From Rhodospirillales bacterium (GTDB lineage Bacteria; Pseudomonadota; Alphaproteobacteria; UBA828): 64,000 nucleotides of DNA. The notes beneath the pieces are model-generated. The model saw nothing but the letters and a program-made list of their open reading frames with translations. It was not told where the DNA came from and searched no databases. Location of the stretch: positions 6,299 through 70,298 of the forward strand of contig JAPPMY010000259.1 of assembly GCA_028818855.1 (NCBI GenBank). The letters run 5' to 3'. Position numbers and translations under genes: made by a program. The number at the start of each line of letters is the position of its first letter. Position 1 is the stretch's first letter. Below, piece after piece: positions 48,370 to 58,835 of this stretch.

Positions 48370-48481
48370 CCCTCGCCTCACGGCGCCGATGCGCCGTGCC
48401 ATCGCCCGGCGCCTTTGCCCACACGCGTCCGGCAGGCGACACTGGACGCTCGTGACGGACATACGGCGCGGAGGCGACAGG

Positions 48482-50083
48482 ATGGCGTGGGATTACATCA
48501 TCTGCGGCGCGGGCTCGGCCGGATGCGTGCTGGCGCACCGGCTCTCCGCCGACCCGAAGAACAAGGTCCTGCTGCTGGAGGGCGGCGGCAACGATACCTC
48601 GCCGATAGTCCGGATCCCCGCCGGCGAGATCAAGGCGATCCTGAATCCCCGCTTCAACTGGATGTACACGAGCGAGCCCGACCCCTCGCTCAACGGGCGC
48701 GATGCCATGTGGCCCGGCGGCAAGGTGCTCGGCGGCTCCAGCTCCATCAACGGCATGATCTACCTGCGCGGCCAGCACGAGGACTACGACGACTGGGCCC
48801 GCCTCGTCGGCAACACCGGCGCGTGGAGCTACCGCGACGTGCTGCCCTATTTCAAGCGCATGGAGAGCAACCCCCTCGGCCCGAGCGAGTATCACGGCGA
48901 CAGCGGCCCGCTCGTGGTCTCCGACGTGCCGACGCCGCATCCGCTGGTCCGCGTCTTCTACGAGGCGGGCAAGGAGCTCGGCTACCCCTTCAATGCGGAT
49001 GTGAACGGCGAGCGTCAGGAAGGCATCGGCCCGAACCAGGGGACGATCCGCTTCGGCCGCCGCAACAGCACCGCGCGCGCCTTCCTTCGGCCGGTGATGG
49101 ACCGCTCGAATCTGAGCGTCGAGACCGAGGCGCGGGTGGACAAGGTTCTGTTCGAGGACGGCCGCGCGCGCACCGTCGTCTACAGCCGGGGCGGCGGAAA
49201 GCGGGAGGCCACGGCGGACGGCGAAATCATCCTCTCCGCCGGCGCCATCGCCTCGCCGGCGATCCTGCTGCGCTCAGGCATCGGTCCGGCGGCCGAGCTT
49301 GGCGCGTTCGGCATCTCCGTGGTGGCCGACTCGCCGGGTGTCGGCAACAACCTGCAGGAGCATCCCGTCGCCTGGGTGGCGGGCTACGTCGATATCAGCA
49401 CCTACAACACCGAGGTCACGCCGTCCGGCTGGGTGCGGCACGGCCTCAACTGGCTGCTGCGGGGCAAGGGGCCGGCCGCGAGTCCCATCGCCCAGGCGGT
49501 GGCTTTCCTCCGCACCCGGCCGGAGGAGGAATCGAGACCGGACATCCAGCTCCACTTCACGCCGACCGGCTACGAGTTCGGGCCCGACGGGATCAAGCTG
49601 CTGGAGCGCCCGGGCATCACCATCCCGGTCAACGTCTGCCGGCCCAGGAGCCGTAGCCGGCTCACGCTCCGCTCGGCCGATCCAGGCGAGCCGCCGCGCA
49701 TCTTCTCCCGGCTGCTCGACGACGAGGACGACGTGAGACGCATGGTCGACGGCTGCAAGATCTCGCGCGCGATCTTCGAGAGCAAGGCCTTCAAGCCGCA
49801 CTTTCAGGGCCTGTTCCTGCCCGGGCCCGAGGTGCGGAGCGACGATGAGCTGGAGGCATACGTCCGCCAGTACACGCTGCCGGCCTATCATCCCGTTGGC
49901 ACCTGCAGCATGGGCATCGACGACATGGCGGTGGTCGATCCGGAACTCCGGGTGCGCGGTGTGGACGGGCTCCGCGTGGTCGACGCCTCGATCATGCCGA
50001 TCGTGCCGAGCGCCAACACCAATGCTCCGACCATCATGGTCGGCGAGAAGGGATCGGACCTGATCCTCGGGGCCAAGGGTTAG
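48482..50083 (+). CDS. GMC family oxidoreductase (choline dehydrogenase-like)
   Basis: [40 protein letters not shown]. Confidence 0.93.
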   Translation: MAWDYIICGAGSAGCVLAHRLSADPKNKVLLLEGGGNDTSPIVRIPAGEIKAILNPRFNWMYTSEPDPSLNGRDAMWPGGKVLGGSSSINGMIYLRGQHEDYDDWARLVGNTGAWSYRDVLPYFKRMESNPLGPSEYHGDSGPLVVSDVPTPHPLVRVFYEAGKELGYPFNADVNGERQEGIGPNQGTIRFGRRNSTARAFLRPVMDRSNLSVETEARVDKVLFEDGRARTVVYSRGGGKREATADGEIILSAGAIASPAILLRSGIGPAAELGAFGISVVADSPGVGNNLQEHPVAWVAGYVDISTYNTEVTPSGWVRHGLNWLLRGKGPAASPIAQAVAFLRTRPEEESRPDIQLHFTPTGYEFGPDGIKLLERPGITIPVNVCRPRSRSRLTLRSADPGEPPRIFSRLLDDEDDVRRMVDGCKISRAIFESKAFKPHFQGLFLPGPEVRSDDELEAYVRQYTLPAYHPVGTCSMGIDDMAVVDPELRVRGVDGLRVVDASIMPIVPSANTNAPTIMVGEKGSDLILGAKG

Positions 50084-50141
50084 TCGGCCCGCATCTCTCG
50101 CCGCGCTCCCGGCTAGAGCTGCTCAACCCGCTTAATCCCGG

Positions 50142-51329
50142 CTACCCCCAGAGCCGCCGGGTGGCGAGGGCGGCGCCGTCGGCCAGCATGCGGAGCTTCG
50201 CCCAGACCACATCATCCGCCACGAATTGGTAGCTCGCGAATGTGCTGAAGCCGCAGTCGGTGCCGGCGATCACGCGGCGCGCATCGCCCATCACCTCGGC
50301 ATAGAGGCAGATGCGGTCGGCCACCACCTCCGGGTGCTCCAGGTAGTTGGTGGTCACGTCGATCACGCCGGGAATCAGGATCATGGGCTGGGGCGGTGGG
50401 TTCGCCTTGATCGCCTTCCATTCATGCTGGTGGCGCGGATTGGCGCAGGCGATGCTGAGGGCGCCGACCCTGGCCTCGTAGATCGGCGGCAGCAGCGGCG
50501 CGAGATCGCAGTCGTCGATATGGGGACCGTCCCAGTTGCCGAAGCAGACGTGGAGCCGCACCTTCTCTGCCGGGATGTCGGCGACGGCCACGTTGAGCGC
50601 CCTGATGTGCAGCGCGACCCGCTCCAGGAACTCGTCCAGCGGGCGATCCTGGAACATGAACTGGCGCTCCATGGCGAGGTCGGGGGCGTCGATCTGCAAC
50701 AGGTGGCCGGCGCCGACGATCGCGTCGTACTCCTTCTTTAGCTCGTGCCCGAGCGCCATGACGTAATCCTCGTCCCGCGGATAGTCGGGATTGTCGTCGG
50801 CGCGCAGCATGGTGGTCGATACGATGCCGGGAGAGGCGGCGGTCACGAACGTCTCGGCGAAGCCGCCGTCCGAGCGCTCCAGCGACGCCCCGAACTGCGC
50901 GAGCTCGAAGCTCACGTCGGCGAGGTCGGGTTCGTACCGGACGGCGGTCTGCGCCTGCGGCGCGTTCCAGACCTTCGGCCGTTCCCTGTCCCGGCTCCAA
51001 GTGCGCTCGGTGAACATCGCCGCGTAGCCGGGGAACTTGACCATGTCGGTGAGCATCTTGCGCCGGGATTCGCCGCCGAAGCCCGACATGCGCTGCGGCA
51101 CGTAGGTCTGGAAGCCCACACGCGATTCCTCGCCGTCGCTGCCGATATCGACGCCGCTTTCGAGCTGCTTGGCGACGACCCAATCGATGCCGTCGGCGAC
51201 CGCCTGTGCGAAGGCGCCCTGGTCGATCGCGGCACCCTGCTCCCGCCGGATGAGAAGTTCCTCCAGGGCCGGCGGCCGGGGCAGGCTACCGGCGTGGGTG
51301 GTGAGCATGCGGTCGTCGCTGGCGAGCAT
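50142..51329 (-). CDS. Cobalamin-independent methionine synthase II (MetE C-terminal-only) family protein
   Basis: TTHAGSLPRP, DGE, LQIDAP, LHVCFGN, PGVID, DCGF. Confidence 0.9.
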   Translation of the reverse strand: MLASDDRMLTTHAGSLPRPPALEELLIRREQGAAIDQGAFAQAVADGIDWVVAKQLESGVDIGSDGEESRVGFQTYVPQRMSGFGGESRRKMLTDMVKFPGYAAMFTERTWSRDRERPKVWNAPQAQTAVRYEPDLADVSFELAQFGASLERSDGGFAETFVTAASPGIVSTTMLRADDNPDYPRDEDYVMALGHELKKEYDAIVGAGHLLQIDAPDLAMERQFMFQDRPLDEFLERVALHIRALNVAVADIPAEKVRLHVCFGNWDGPHIDDCDLAPLLPPIYEARVGALSIACANPRHQHEWKAIKANPPPQPMILIPGVIDVTTNYLEHPEVVADRICLYAEVMGDARRVIAGTDCGFSTFASYQFVADDVVWAKLRMLADGAALATRRLWG

Positions 51330-51469
51330 CGGGTAGCCTCCCGTTTTCCGGTTCTCGGGCCGAGTGTCGCGCGCGCCCGGCCGGGCACGCAACCGCTGCA
51401 TTCCGCCCTTGCGGCAGCCCGCGATTTCCTTCTAATGGTCTGCTCTCCGGATGAGCCAAGGGGGCGACG

Positions 51470-53203
51470 ATGAGCAGGCCTTACGCGCTGGTAATTCGCG
51501 GCGGCACCGTCGTGGACGGCTCGGGCGGCGAGCCCCGCGATGCGGACGTCGCGATCGCAGACGGCCTGGTGGCGGCAGTCGGACCCGGTCTCGGCCCCGG
51601 CGACGAGGAGATCGATGCGCGCGGCATGATCGTGACGCCGGGCTTCATCGACCCCCACACGCATTACGACGCGCAGGCAACCTGGAGCAGCCGAATCACG
51701 CCGTCGTCCTGGAACGGCGTCACCACCGCGATGATCGGCAACTGCGGGGTGGGCTTCGCTCCCTGCCGGCCCGACCAGCGGGAGACGCTGGTGGAGTTCA
51801 TGGAGGGCGTCGAGGACATCCCCGGCGCCGTGCTGGACGAAGGGCTGCCGTGGACGTGGCAGAGCTTCGAGCAATTCATGGACGCGCTGGATGCCCGGCC
51901 CTACGACCTCGACATCGCGGCACAGGTGCCGCATTCGCCGGTCCGCGTCTTCGTCATGGGCCAGCGCGGCGTGGAGCGCGAGCCCGCGACGCCCGAGGAC
52001 AACGCTGCCATGGCGGAGCTTGCAGCGGCAGGGGTGCGTGCCGGCGCGCTCGGCTTCTCGACCTCGCGTACGCTCAACCACAAGACGCTGGACGGCCGCC
52101 CCATCCCGACGCTGACCGCGGCCGAGGACGAGCTTTCCGCCATCGCCACCGCCATGGGCACGGTCGGTTCGGGCTGGCTGCAGGTGATCTCCGACTTCCA
52201 CGATCTCGACGGGGAGTTCGCCATGCTGCGGCGCGTGGTCGAGCGCAGTCGCCGGCCGATGGCGATTACCATCCTCCAGAACGACCGCGCACCCGACGGC
52301 TGGCGCCGCATCCTCGCCCATATCTTGGACGCCAACCGTGCCGGCCTGCCGATGATCGGTCAGACGCTCACGCGCGCCACCGGCGTCCTGCTCGGCTTCG
52401 AGATCTCGATCAACCCGTTCTCCGGCCGGCCGAGCTGGGAGGCGATCGCCCATCTGCCGCTGGAGAAAAAGCTCGAGACCCTGCGGCAGCCGGACTTCCG
52501 CGCCCGTCTCTTCACCGAGGAATGCGCGGATGCCTTCGTCGCCAAGCGTGTCTGCCGCTGGGATCGCCTCTACCCGCTCGGCACGCCGCCCGACTACGAG
52601 CCCGACGCCGAGCGGAGCGTTGCCGCCATCGCCGCCCGCGAGGGGCGGACGCCCGAGGACGTCGCCTATGACTACCTGCTGGAGCGGGACGGCAAGGCGA
52701 TGCTCTACCGACCGGTCAGCAACTACACCGAAGGCTCGCTCGACGCGGTGGGCGAAATGCTGCGGCATCCGCACACGCTGGTGAGCCTGGGCGACGGCGG
52801 CGCCCACGTGGGTATGCTGTGCGATGCGAATGCGTTCACCTACATGCTGGTCCACTGGGTGCGCGACCGGGCGGCGGGCGGCCGGGTGCCGCTGCCCTGG
52901 GCGGTCAGGCGCATGACCCGCGACAACGCGCTGGCGCTCGGCCTCGAAGATCGCGGGCTGCTCCGGCCCGGTTTCAAGGCAGATATCAATGTGATCGACC
53001 TCGACCGCCTCGCGATGCACTGTCCGGAGCCGGTCTACGACCTGCCGGGCGGCGGACGGCGGCTCATTCAAAGGGCCGAGGGCTACGTGGCGACGGTGGT
53101 CTCGGGCGCCCCGGTCTATCGCGACGGCGAGGCCACCGGCGCGCTGCCCGGCCGTCTCCAGCGGGGTCCGCAGGCCGGCCCGCGCGCCGACGCTGCCGCA
53201 TAG
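51470..53203 (+). CDS. N-acyl-D-amino-acid deacylase family amidohydrolase
   Basis: PGFIDPHTHYD, GNCGVG, DGGAH, DRGLLRPG..ADI. Confidence 0.9.
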   Translation: MSRPYALVIRGGTVVDGSGGEPRDADVAIADGLVAAVGPGLGPGDEEIDARGMIVTPGFIDPHTHYDAQATWSSRITPSSWNGVTTAMIGNCGVGFAPCRPDQRETLVEFMEGVEDIPGAVLDEGLPWTWQSFEQFMDALDARPYDLDIAAQVPHSPVRVFVMGQRGVEREPATPEDNAAMAELAAAGVRAGALGFSTSRTLNHKTLDGRPIPTLTAAEDELSAIATAMGTVGSGWLQVISDFHDLDGEFAMLRRVVERSRRPMAITILQNDRAPDGWRRILAHILDANRAGLPMIGQTLTRATGVLLGFEISINPFSGRPSWEAIAHLPLEKKLETLRQPDFRARLFTEECADAFVAKRVCRWDRLYPLGTPPDYEPDAERSVAAIAAREGRTPEDVAYDYLLERDGKAMLYRPVSNYTEGSLDAVGEMLRHPHTLVSLGDGGAHVGMLCDANAFTYMLVHWVRDRAAGGRVPLPWAVRRMTRDNALALGLEDRGLLRPGFKADINVIDLDRLAMHCPEPVYDLPGGGRRLIQRAEGYVATVVSGAPVYRDGEATGALPGRLQRGPQAGPRADAAA

Positions 53204-53221
53204 AGCCGGCGGCCGCTGAGC

Positions 53222-53267
53222 GAAAAGGAGCCAGGGCGCTCCCGCTGCAGGCGGCAAACGCCCTGGC
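53222..53267 (-). terminator. Probable intrinsic terminator of aceBA
   Basis: GCCAGGGCG...CGCCCTGGC stem followed on the minus strand by TCCTTTTC, just after the aceA stop. Confidence 0.55.
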
Positions 53268-53276
53268 GCCGGCGGT

Positions 53277-54578
53277 CTATTCGGCGGCGCTCGAGAGCGC
53301 GTGCGTGAACTGATCCGTCTCGGTGGAGCCTGTCATTGCGGCTGTCGAGACGGCACCGCCGGAAACGGCCATGCTCACCGCGTCGAAGTAGGCCGCGCCG
53401 ACCTCGTGCTGGTGGCGGGTCGCCGTGTAGCCAGCGGGCTCGGACGCGAACTCGGCCTCCTGCAGCGCCGAGTAGGCGGCCATGCCGCCATCGCGGTAGC
53501 CCCGCGCCAGCTCGAACATGCCGTGGTTCAGGCTGTGGAAGCCGGCCAGCGTCACGAACTGGAACTTGTAGCCCATGGCACCCAGCTCGCGCTGGAAGCG
53601 GGCGATCGTCCGCTCGTCGATGTTGCTGCGCCAGTTGAACGAGGGCGAGCAGTTGTAGGCGAGCATCTTGCCTGGGTGCTCGCGGCGGATGGCCTCGGCG
53701 AAGGTCCGCGCCTGGCCGAGATCGGGGGTGGAGGTCTCCATCCAGAGCAGGTCGGCGTAGGGCGCGAAGGCGAGGCCGCGGGCGATGCAGCGCGCCATGC
53801 CCTCGCCGTCCCGCAAGCGGTGGAAGCCTTCCGCCGTGCGCTCGCCGGTGATGAAGGGCCGGTCGCGCTCGTCGATGTCGCTGGTGATGAGCTTGGCGCT
53901 GTCCGCGTCGGTCCTTGCGACGAGCACGGTCGCCGTGCCGCAGACGTCGGCCGCAAGCCGCGCCGCGCTCAGGTTGCGGATGTGCGCCTGGGTCGGAATC
54001 AGCACCTTGCCGCCCATGTGGCCGCACTTCTTCTCGGACGCGAGCTGGTCCTCGAAGTGGATGCCGCCGACGCCGGCTTCGATGTAGGCCTTCGCGATCT
54101 CGAAGGCGTTGAGCGGCCCGCCGAAGCCGGCCTCCGCGTCCGCCACGATCGGCGCGAACCACGACGTCGCGCCGAACCCGTCGACGCTGTCGATTTGGTC
54201 GGCACGTTGCAGCGCGCGGTTGATGCGCCGTGCGAGCGCGGGTCCGCTGTCGGCCGGGTAGAGGCTCTGATCGGGGTAGGTGTGCCCTGCGCCGTTGGCG
54301 TCCGCGGCCACCTGCCAGCCGGACAGGTAGATCGCCTTGAGGCCGGCGCGCACCATCTGCACGGCCTGGCCGCCCGTCATCGCGCCCAGCGCGTGAACGT
54401 AGTCCTCGGTCTCGAGCAGGTGCCAGAGCCGGTTGGCGGCGTGCTCGGCGAGCGTATAGCGGACCGGCAGAGTCCCGCGCAGCGCTACGACCTGGTCGGC
54501 GCCGTAGTCGCGGCGAATGCCTGCGAAGCGGCCGTCAGGGGCGTCGTAGATCAGGGACTCTGTCGATCTCGCACTCAT
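53277..54578 (-). CDS. aceA: Isocitrate lyase
   Basis: [38 protein letters not shown]; ATG at 54578 after GAGGAGG. Confidence 0.98.
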   Translation of the reverse strand: MSARSTESLIYDAPDGRFAGIRRDYGADQVVALRGTLPVRYTLAEHAANRLWHLLETEDYVHALGAMTGGQAVQMVRAGLKAIYLSGWQVAADANGAGHTYPDQSLYPADSGPALARRINRALQRADQIDSVDGFGATSWFAPIVADAEAGFGGPLNAFEIAKAYIEAGVGGIHFEDQLASEKKCGHMGGKVLIPTQAHIRNLSAARLAADVCGTATVLVARTDADSAKLITSDIDERDRPFITGERTAEGFHRLRDGEGMARCIARGLAFAPYADLLWMETSTPDLGQARTFAEAIRREHPGKMLAYNCSPSFNWRSNIDERTIARFQRELGAMGYKFQFVTLAGFHSLNHGMFELARGYRDGGMAAYSALQEAEFASEPAGYTATRHQHEVGAAYFDAVSMAVSGGAVSTAAMTGSTETDQFTHALSSAAE

Positions 54579-54588
54579 CTCATCCTCC

Positions 54589-56235
54589 TCAATCGGCGGT
54601 CTCGCCGTCATGGATGGTGTTCAACACCTGGTAAGCGGGCAGCGTGAGAAAGGTGGGGAAGTCATCGGCGGTCGCCACTTCGGTGAAGAGGGCGATCGCG
54701 TCGTCGAAATGCCCGCCTTCGAAACGGTCCTCGCCAAGCGCCTCTCTGAGGGCCGCGATCTCCTCGGCAAGCACCCGGTCGACCAGCGCCCGGTCGATTG
54801 CCCGGCCGTCCGCAAGGCTGGCCCCGTGACGCATCCACTGCCAGATCTGGGCCCGGCTGATCTCGGCGGTCGCCGCGTCCTCCATCAGGTTGTAGAGCGG
54901 CACGGCGCCGCGGCCCGCAAGCCACGCCTCGATGTACTGGATGCCGACGCGGATGTTGTTGCGGAGCCCCTCCTCGGTGATCGCGCCTTCCGGCATGGCG
55001 ATGAGGTCCGCCTCGGTCACCGTCACGTTGCCGAGTTGCAGCGAGACCTGATTGGGCTCGGGCATCAGCCGGTCGAAGACCTCGCGGGCGACGGGCACGA
55101 GCCCCGGATGCGCGACCCAGGTGCCGTCATGACCGTCGCCGGCCTCTCGCTCCTTGTCCGCGCGAACCTTGCCGAACGCCTGCTCGTTGGCCCTGTCGTC
55201 GCCCTTGATCGGGATCTGAGCCGCCATGCCGCCCATGGCGTGCGCGCCGCGTCGGTGGCAGGTCTTGATGAGAAGGCGGCTGTAGGCGCGCATGAAGGGC
55301 TGCGTCATGGTGACGAGGCCGCGATCGGGCAGCACACAGTCGGCGCGGTTCCGGAAGGTCTTGATGACGCTGAAGATGTAGTCCCAGCGCCCGCAATTGA
55401 GGCCCACGATGTGGTCCTTCAGAGCGTGCAGGATCTCGTCCATCTCGAACGCGGCCGTGATGGTCTCGATCAGCACCGTCGCCTTGATCGTGCAGATGGG
55501 GAGGTCGAGTTCCTCCTGGGCCGCGACGAACACGGCGTTCCAGAGCGCCGCCTCTTCGTAGTGCTCCATCTTGGGCAGGTAGAAGTAGGGGCCGGAGCCT
55601 CTGGCGCCGAGTTCCGCCGCGTTGTGGAAGAAGAAGAGGCCGAAGTCGAAGAGGCTCGCGGACACAGGCTCGCCATCGACCAGGAGGTGCGCTTCCTCCA
55701 GGTGCCAGCCGCGCGGTCGGACGATGAGGGTCGCGATTTCGTCGCCCAGCGCATACGACTTGCCGGACTTGGGGTCGGTCATGCCGATGGTGCGCCGCGC
55801 CGCATCGCGCAGATTGATCTGGCCGGCGATCATCGCCTCAAAGGTCGGCGACGCGGCGTCCTCGAAATCGGCCATGAAGCAGGACGCGCCGCAGTTGAGC
55901 GCGTTGATGATCATCTTGCGGTCGACCGGGCCGGTGATCTCCACCCGCCGGTCGGCGAGGTCGCCGGGCGTGCCGGCGATGGTCCAATCGCTCTCTCTGA
56001 TTGCCCTGGTCTCCGGCCGGAAGGCCGGATTCTCGCCGGCATCGACGCGGGCCTGGAATTCAGCACGGGCCTCGAGCAGACGCCGCCGCTCGGCGCCGAA
56101 GCGCCGCTCCAACCCGGCGACGAAGGCGCAAGCCTCAGCGCTCAGGATCTCGTCGCGGCCGGGGACGTCGGGACCGGCGATCTCGACTCCGGTCTCCCAG
56201 ATCTCGTCTGCGTCCTTCCTGCGGCTCTGCTGCAT
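54589..56235 (-). CDS. aceB: Malate synthase A
   Basis: [49 protein letters not shown]; 548 aa (MSA length). Confidence 0.97.
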   Translation of the reverse strand: MQQSRRKDADEIWETGVEIAGPDVPGRDEILSAEACAFVAGLERRFGAERRRLLEARAEFQARVDAGENPAFRPETRAIRESDWTIAGTPGDLADRRVEITGPVDRKMIINALNCGASCFMADFEDAASPTFEAMIAGQINLRDAARRTIGMTDPKSGKSYALGDEIATLIVRPRGWHLEEAHLLVDGEPVSASLFDFGLFFFHNAAELGARGSGPYFYLPKMEHYEEAALWNAVFVAAQEELDLPICTIKATVLIETITAAFEMDEILHALKDHIVGLNCGRWDYIFSVIKTFRNRADCVLPDRGLVTMTQPFMRAYSRLLIKTCHRRGAHAMGGMAAQIPIKGDDRANEQAFGKVRADKEREAGDGHDGTWVAHPGLVPVAREVFDRLMPEPNQVSLQLGNVTVTEADLIAMPEGAITEEGLRNNIRVGIQYIEAWLAGRGAVPLYNLMEDAATAEISRAQIWQWMRHGASLADGRAIDRALVDRVLAEEIAALREALGEDRFEGGHFDDAIALFTEVATADDFPTFLTLPAYQVLNTIHDGETAD

Positions 56236-56255
56236 CGCGTGCTACTCCTTGCGTG

Positions 56256-56384
56256 TTGCACCGCAATACGACATCAATGTCGCGCGATGGGGCGGGAATG
56301 TCCATAACTTGTTGGAAAAAAACGTGTATTTCATTCATAATTGGTATGCCTATTGATGTGATGTTGTAAATTTGGTAAATTTGC
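56256..56384. promoter_or_regulatory. AT-rich divergent control region of aceBA/regulator with candidate operators
   Basis: TTGC-ACC-GCAA (56256-56266), CGACAT-CA-ATGTCG (56269-56282), tandem GTAAATTT (56366-56382). Confidence 0.55.
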
Positions 56385-56430
56385 GTGAGCGCGTGCGGGG
56401 GGCGCGGAACACGTGCGTGGAGGGTGGACC

Positions 56431-57867
56431 ATGCAGGGCAAGGTGATGGCGGGCCAGAGAGTGCGCAGGCTCCGGCGCGAACGCGGGCTCACCCAGGCGC
56501 GCATGGCGGCGCAACTCGGCATCTCCACCAGCTACCTCAACCTCATCGAGCGCAGCCAGCGGCCCGTCACGGTTCCGTTCCTGCTCAAGCTCGGCCAGGC
56601 GTTCGACATCGATCTCCAACGCTTTGCGGAAGACGACGAGGGGCGCGTCACCGCCCAACTGAGGGAAGTGTTCGGCGACCCGCTGTTTGCCCGAAGCCGG
56701 GTCGGCGATCAAGACATTCGCGATGCGGCCCAGGCGAGCCCGGCGCTCGGCGATGCCGTCATCCTTCTCTTCCGCGCCTACCGCGACCTCCTGGAGAACA
56801 CGATGAACGGTGCCGAGGGTCTCGGCGCCGCCGGGGAGGGCAGCCCGCTTGCCCCGCTGGCCGGAGCTGCCGGAAGCCCGAGCGACGAGGTGCAGGAATT
56901 CGTTCAGGCCCGGTCCTGCTATTTCCCCGAGATCGAGGAGGCTGCCGAGCGGCTCCGGGCCGACGAGAGCCTCGATGCGGACGGTCTCTACGAGGGGCTG
57001 CGCGCCGTCCTCACGGATGCCCACGGCCTCAAGGTCCGCCTCATGCCTGCGCACGTCATGCACGATCTGGTCCGTCGCTACGACCGCCACGGCCGTCGCG
57101 TGATGCTGTCCGAAGCGCTGGCGGCCGAGGAGCGCGTCTTTCAGCTCGCCCATCAGCTTGGGCTGCTCGGCTGGCACGAGCTCTTCGACGACATCGCGGC
57201 CCAGTCCGGCCTTCAGGGCGAGGCGCGTCGCCTCCTCGTCATCGACCTGGCCGGCTATTTCGCCGGCGCCTGCGTGATGCCCTACGAGCGCTTCCACGCC
57301 GCTGCCGAGGCGCTCGACTACGACATCGACCTCCTGGGCCGGCGCTTCGGTGCGTCGTTCGAGCACGTCTGCCAGCGGCTCGTCACCCTGCAGCGGCCGG
57401 GGGCCAAGGGCGTGCCGTTCTTCCTCGTCCACCTCGACTGCGCGGGCAACGTGCTGCGCCGTTTCGACGCCGGTGGGTTCCGCTTCGCCCGCTTCGGCGG
57501 TCTCTGCCCGCGATGGGGGGTGCACCGCGCCTTCCGGACGCCGGGCGAGACGCGGTTCGACATCGTCGAGATGCCCGACGGCGCGTCCTACCTCACGATC
57601 GCGCGCGCGGTCACGCGGCCGGGCGCCGGCCACGCGCTTCCGGGCCAGCAGCTCGTGGTCGCGATCGGCTGCCAGCTTTCCCACGCGAACCGTCTCGTCT
57701 ACGGCTCCGGCGTCGACCCGGAGCGGCCTGCGGGCGTGACCTCCATCGGCATCAACTGCCGGCTTTGTGAGCGCACCGATTGCAGCGCCCGCGCCTATCC
57801 ACCGTCCGGCCGCCGCCTGATCGTGGACGAGAATCAGCAAGGCCTGTCGCCCTACTTCTTTGCCTGA
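56431..57867 (+). CDS. RamB/ScfR (short-chain fatty acyl-CoA regulator) family XRE transcription factor
   Basis: N-terminal HTH LTQARMAAQLGISTSYLNLIE..QRP; MPY, TLQRPG..GVPF, C-terminal IGINCRLCERTDC..RAYP; divergent from aceBA. Confidence 0.92.
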   Translation: MQGKVMAGQRVRRLRRERGLTQARMAAQLGISTSYLNLIERSQRPVTVPFLLKLGQAFDIDLQRFAEDDEGRVTAQLREVFGDPLFARSRVGDQDIRDAAQASPALGDAVILLFRAYRDLLENTMNGAEGLGAAGEGSPLAPLAGAAGSPSDEVQEFVQARSCYFPEIEEAAERLRADESLDADGLYEGLRAVLTDAHGLKVRLMPAHVMHDLVRRYDRHGRRVMLSEALAAEERVFQLAHQLGLLGWHELFDDIAAQSGLQGEARRLLVIDLAGYFAGACVMPYERFHAAAEALDYDIDLLGRRFGASFEHVCQRLVTLQRPGAKGVPFFLVHLDCAGNVLRRFDAGGFRFARFGGLCPRWGVHRAFRTPGETRFDIVEMPDGASYLTIARAVTRPGAGHALPGQQLVVAIGCQLSHANRLVYGSGVDPERPAGVTSIGINCRLCERTDCSARAYPPSGRRLIVDENQQGLSPYFFA

Positions 57868-57904
57868 GAATCCGGGGTAGCGGGCGGCGCGGCGAGGGCG
57901 GCCG

Positions 57905-58813
57905 TCAGTCCGGCGGCACCACGGCGCCGTCCCAGCCCGCGGACGCGAGCACGGCCTTCTCCACGATCAGCCGCGCCGCCATGGTGGGGCGGGGCGAGGT
58001 GCCGATGCGGAGCTCGCCGACGATGCCGAGCAGCATATAGGCCTCGCGCCGCGTGAGCCCGGTCCACTCGGCGACGAGGCCGACGGCGGCGTTGGATGCG
58101 TCTTCCGTCGCGGCCTCCACCGAGGGGCCGTAGCCCACGATCTGCACCGTGCCGTTGTGCTCCAGGATCGGCCGCTCGACCGGGCTCTCCTTGTTGAGGG
58201 AGATCCGCGCCCGCACCCGGGCCGAGCACTCGACGCCGGTGCCGCTGATGATGCCGTCGCTGATCGCAGCATGGGGGTCGGCCATGAAGATCAGGGCATC
58301 GTCGACCATCACCGGCAGGTGGACGCGCGCGCCTGTGCCCACGTCGCGCTGGTCGAAGTCGCCGCCGTAGGGCCCTGCGTGGGAGGGGCGGTAGCCCTCC
58401 GGCGGCATGGTGGACAGCGTGCCCAGATTGGGCGCAAGCGGAATCGCCACCCGGTCCCCGAACCACGCCTGCCCGTCGCGGATCGGGCAGGCGACGATGG
58501 CGGGCTCCTCGAACTCTTCCTTGAGCACGCCGAAGTTGCGAAGCACCGCGTTGGCTCCCTCGCCGAACGGCTCGATCTCGAGCAGGTCGATCGCAACCGA
58601 ATCGCCGGGCCGCGCGCCGCGCACGGCGATCGGGCCGGTCACCGGCGCGAGCGGATGCCCTTCCGATGCAGGCGTGAACGGCGTCGGAACCTGGGCGATG
58701 TCCTCGATATCGTCGAAGGCGCCGTCCACCGTGACCTCGATTTCCGCACCAGGCTCGATGGTCATGGCCGGCGGTGTCGAGGGGCCGACGGTGAAGAGAT
58801 AGGTCTTGGACAT
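57905..58813 (-). CDS. Acetamidase/formamidase family protein
   Basis: VTGPIAVRGARPGD, YGGDFD, HLPV, DPHAAISDG..SGTGVE. Confidence 0.85.
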   Translation of the reverse strand: MSKTYLFTVGPSTPPAMTIEPGAEIEVTVDGAFDDIEDIAQVPTPFTPASEGHPLAPVTGPIAVRGARPGDSVAIDLLEIEPFGEGANAVLRNFGVLKEEFEEPAIVACPIRDGQAWFGDRVAIPLAPNLGTLSTMPPEGYRPSHAGPYGGDFDQRDVGTGARVHLPVMVDDALIFMADPHAAISDGIISGTGVECSARVRARISLNKESPVERPILEHNGTVQIVGYGPSVEAATEDASNAAVGLVAEWTGLTRREAYMLLGIVGELRIGTSPRPTMAARLIVEKAVLASAGWDGAVVPPD

Positions 58814-58835
58814 GCTGGTGCTCCCGGCGCCGCTC

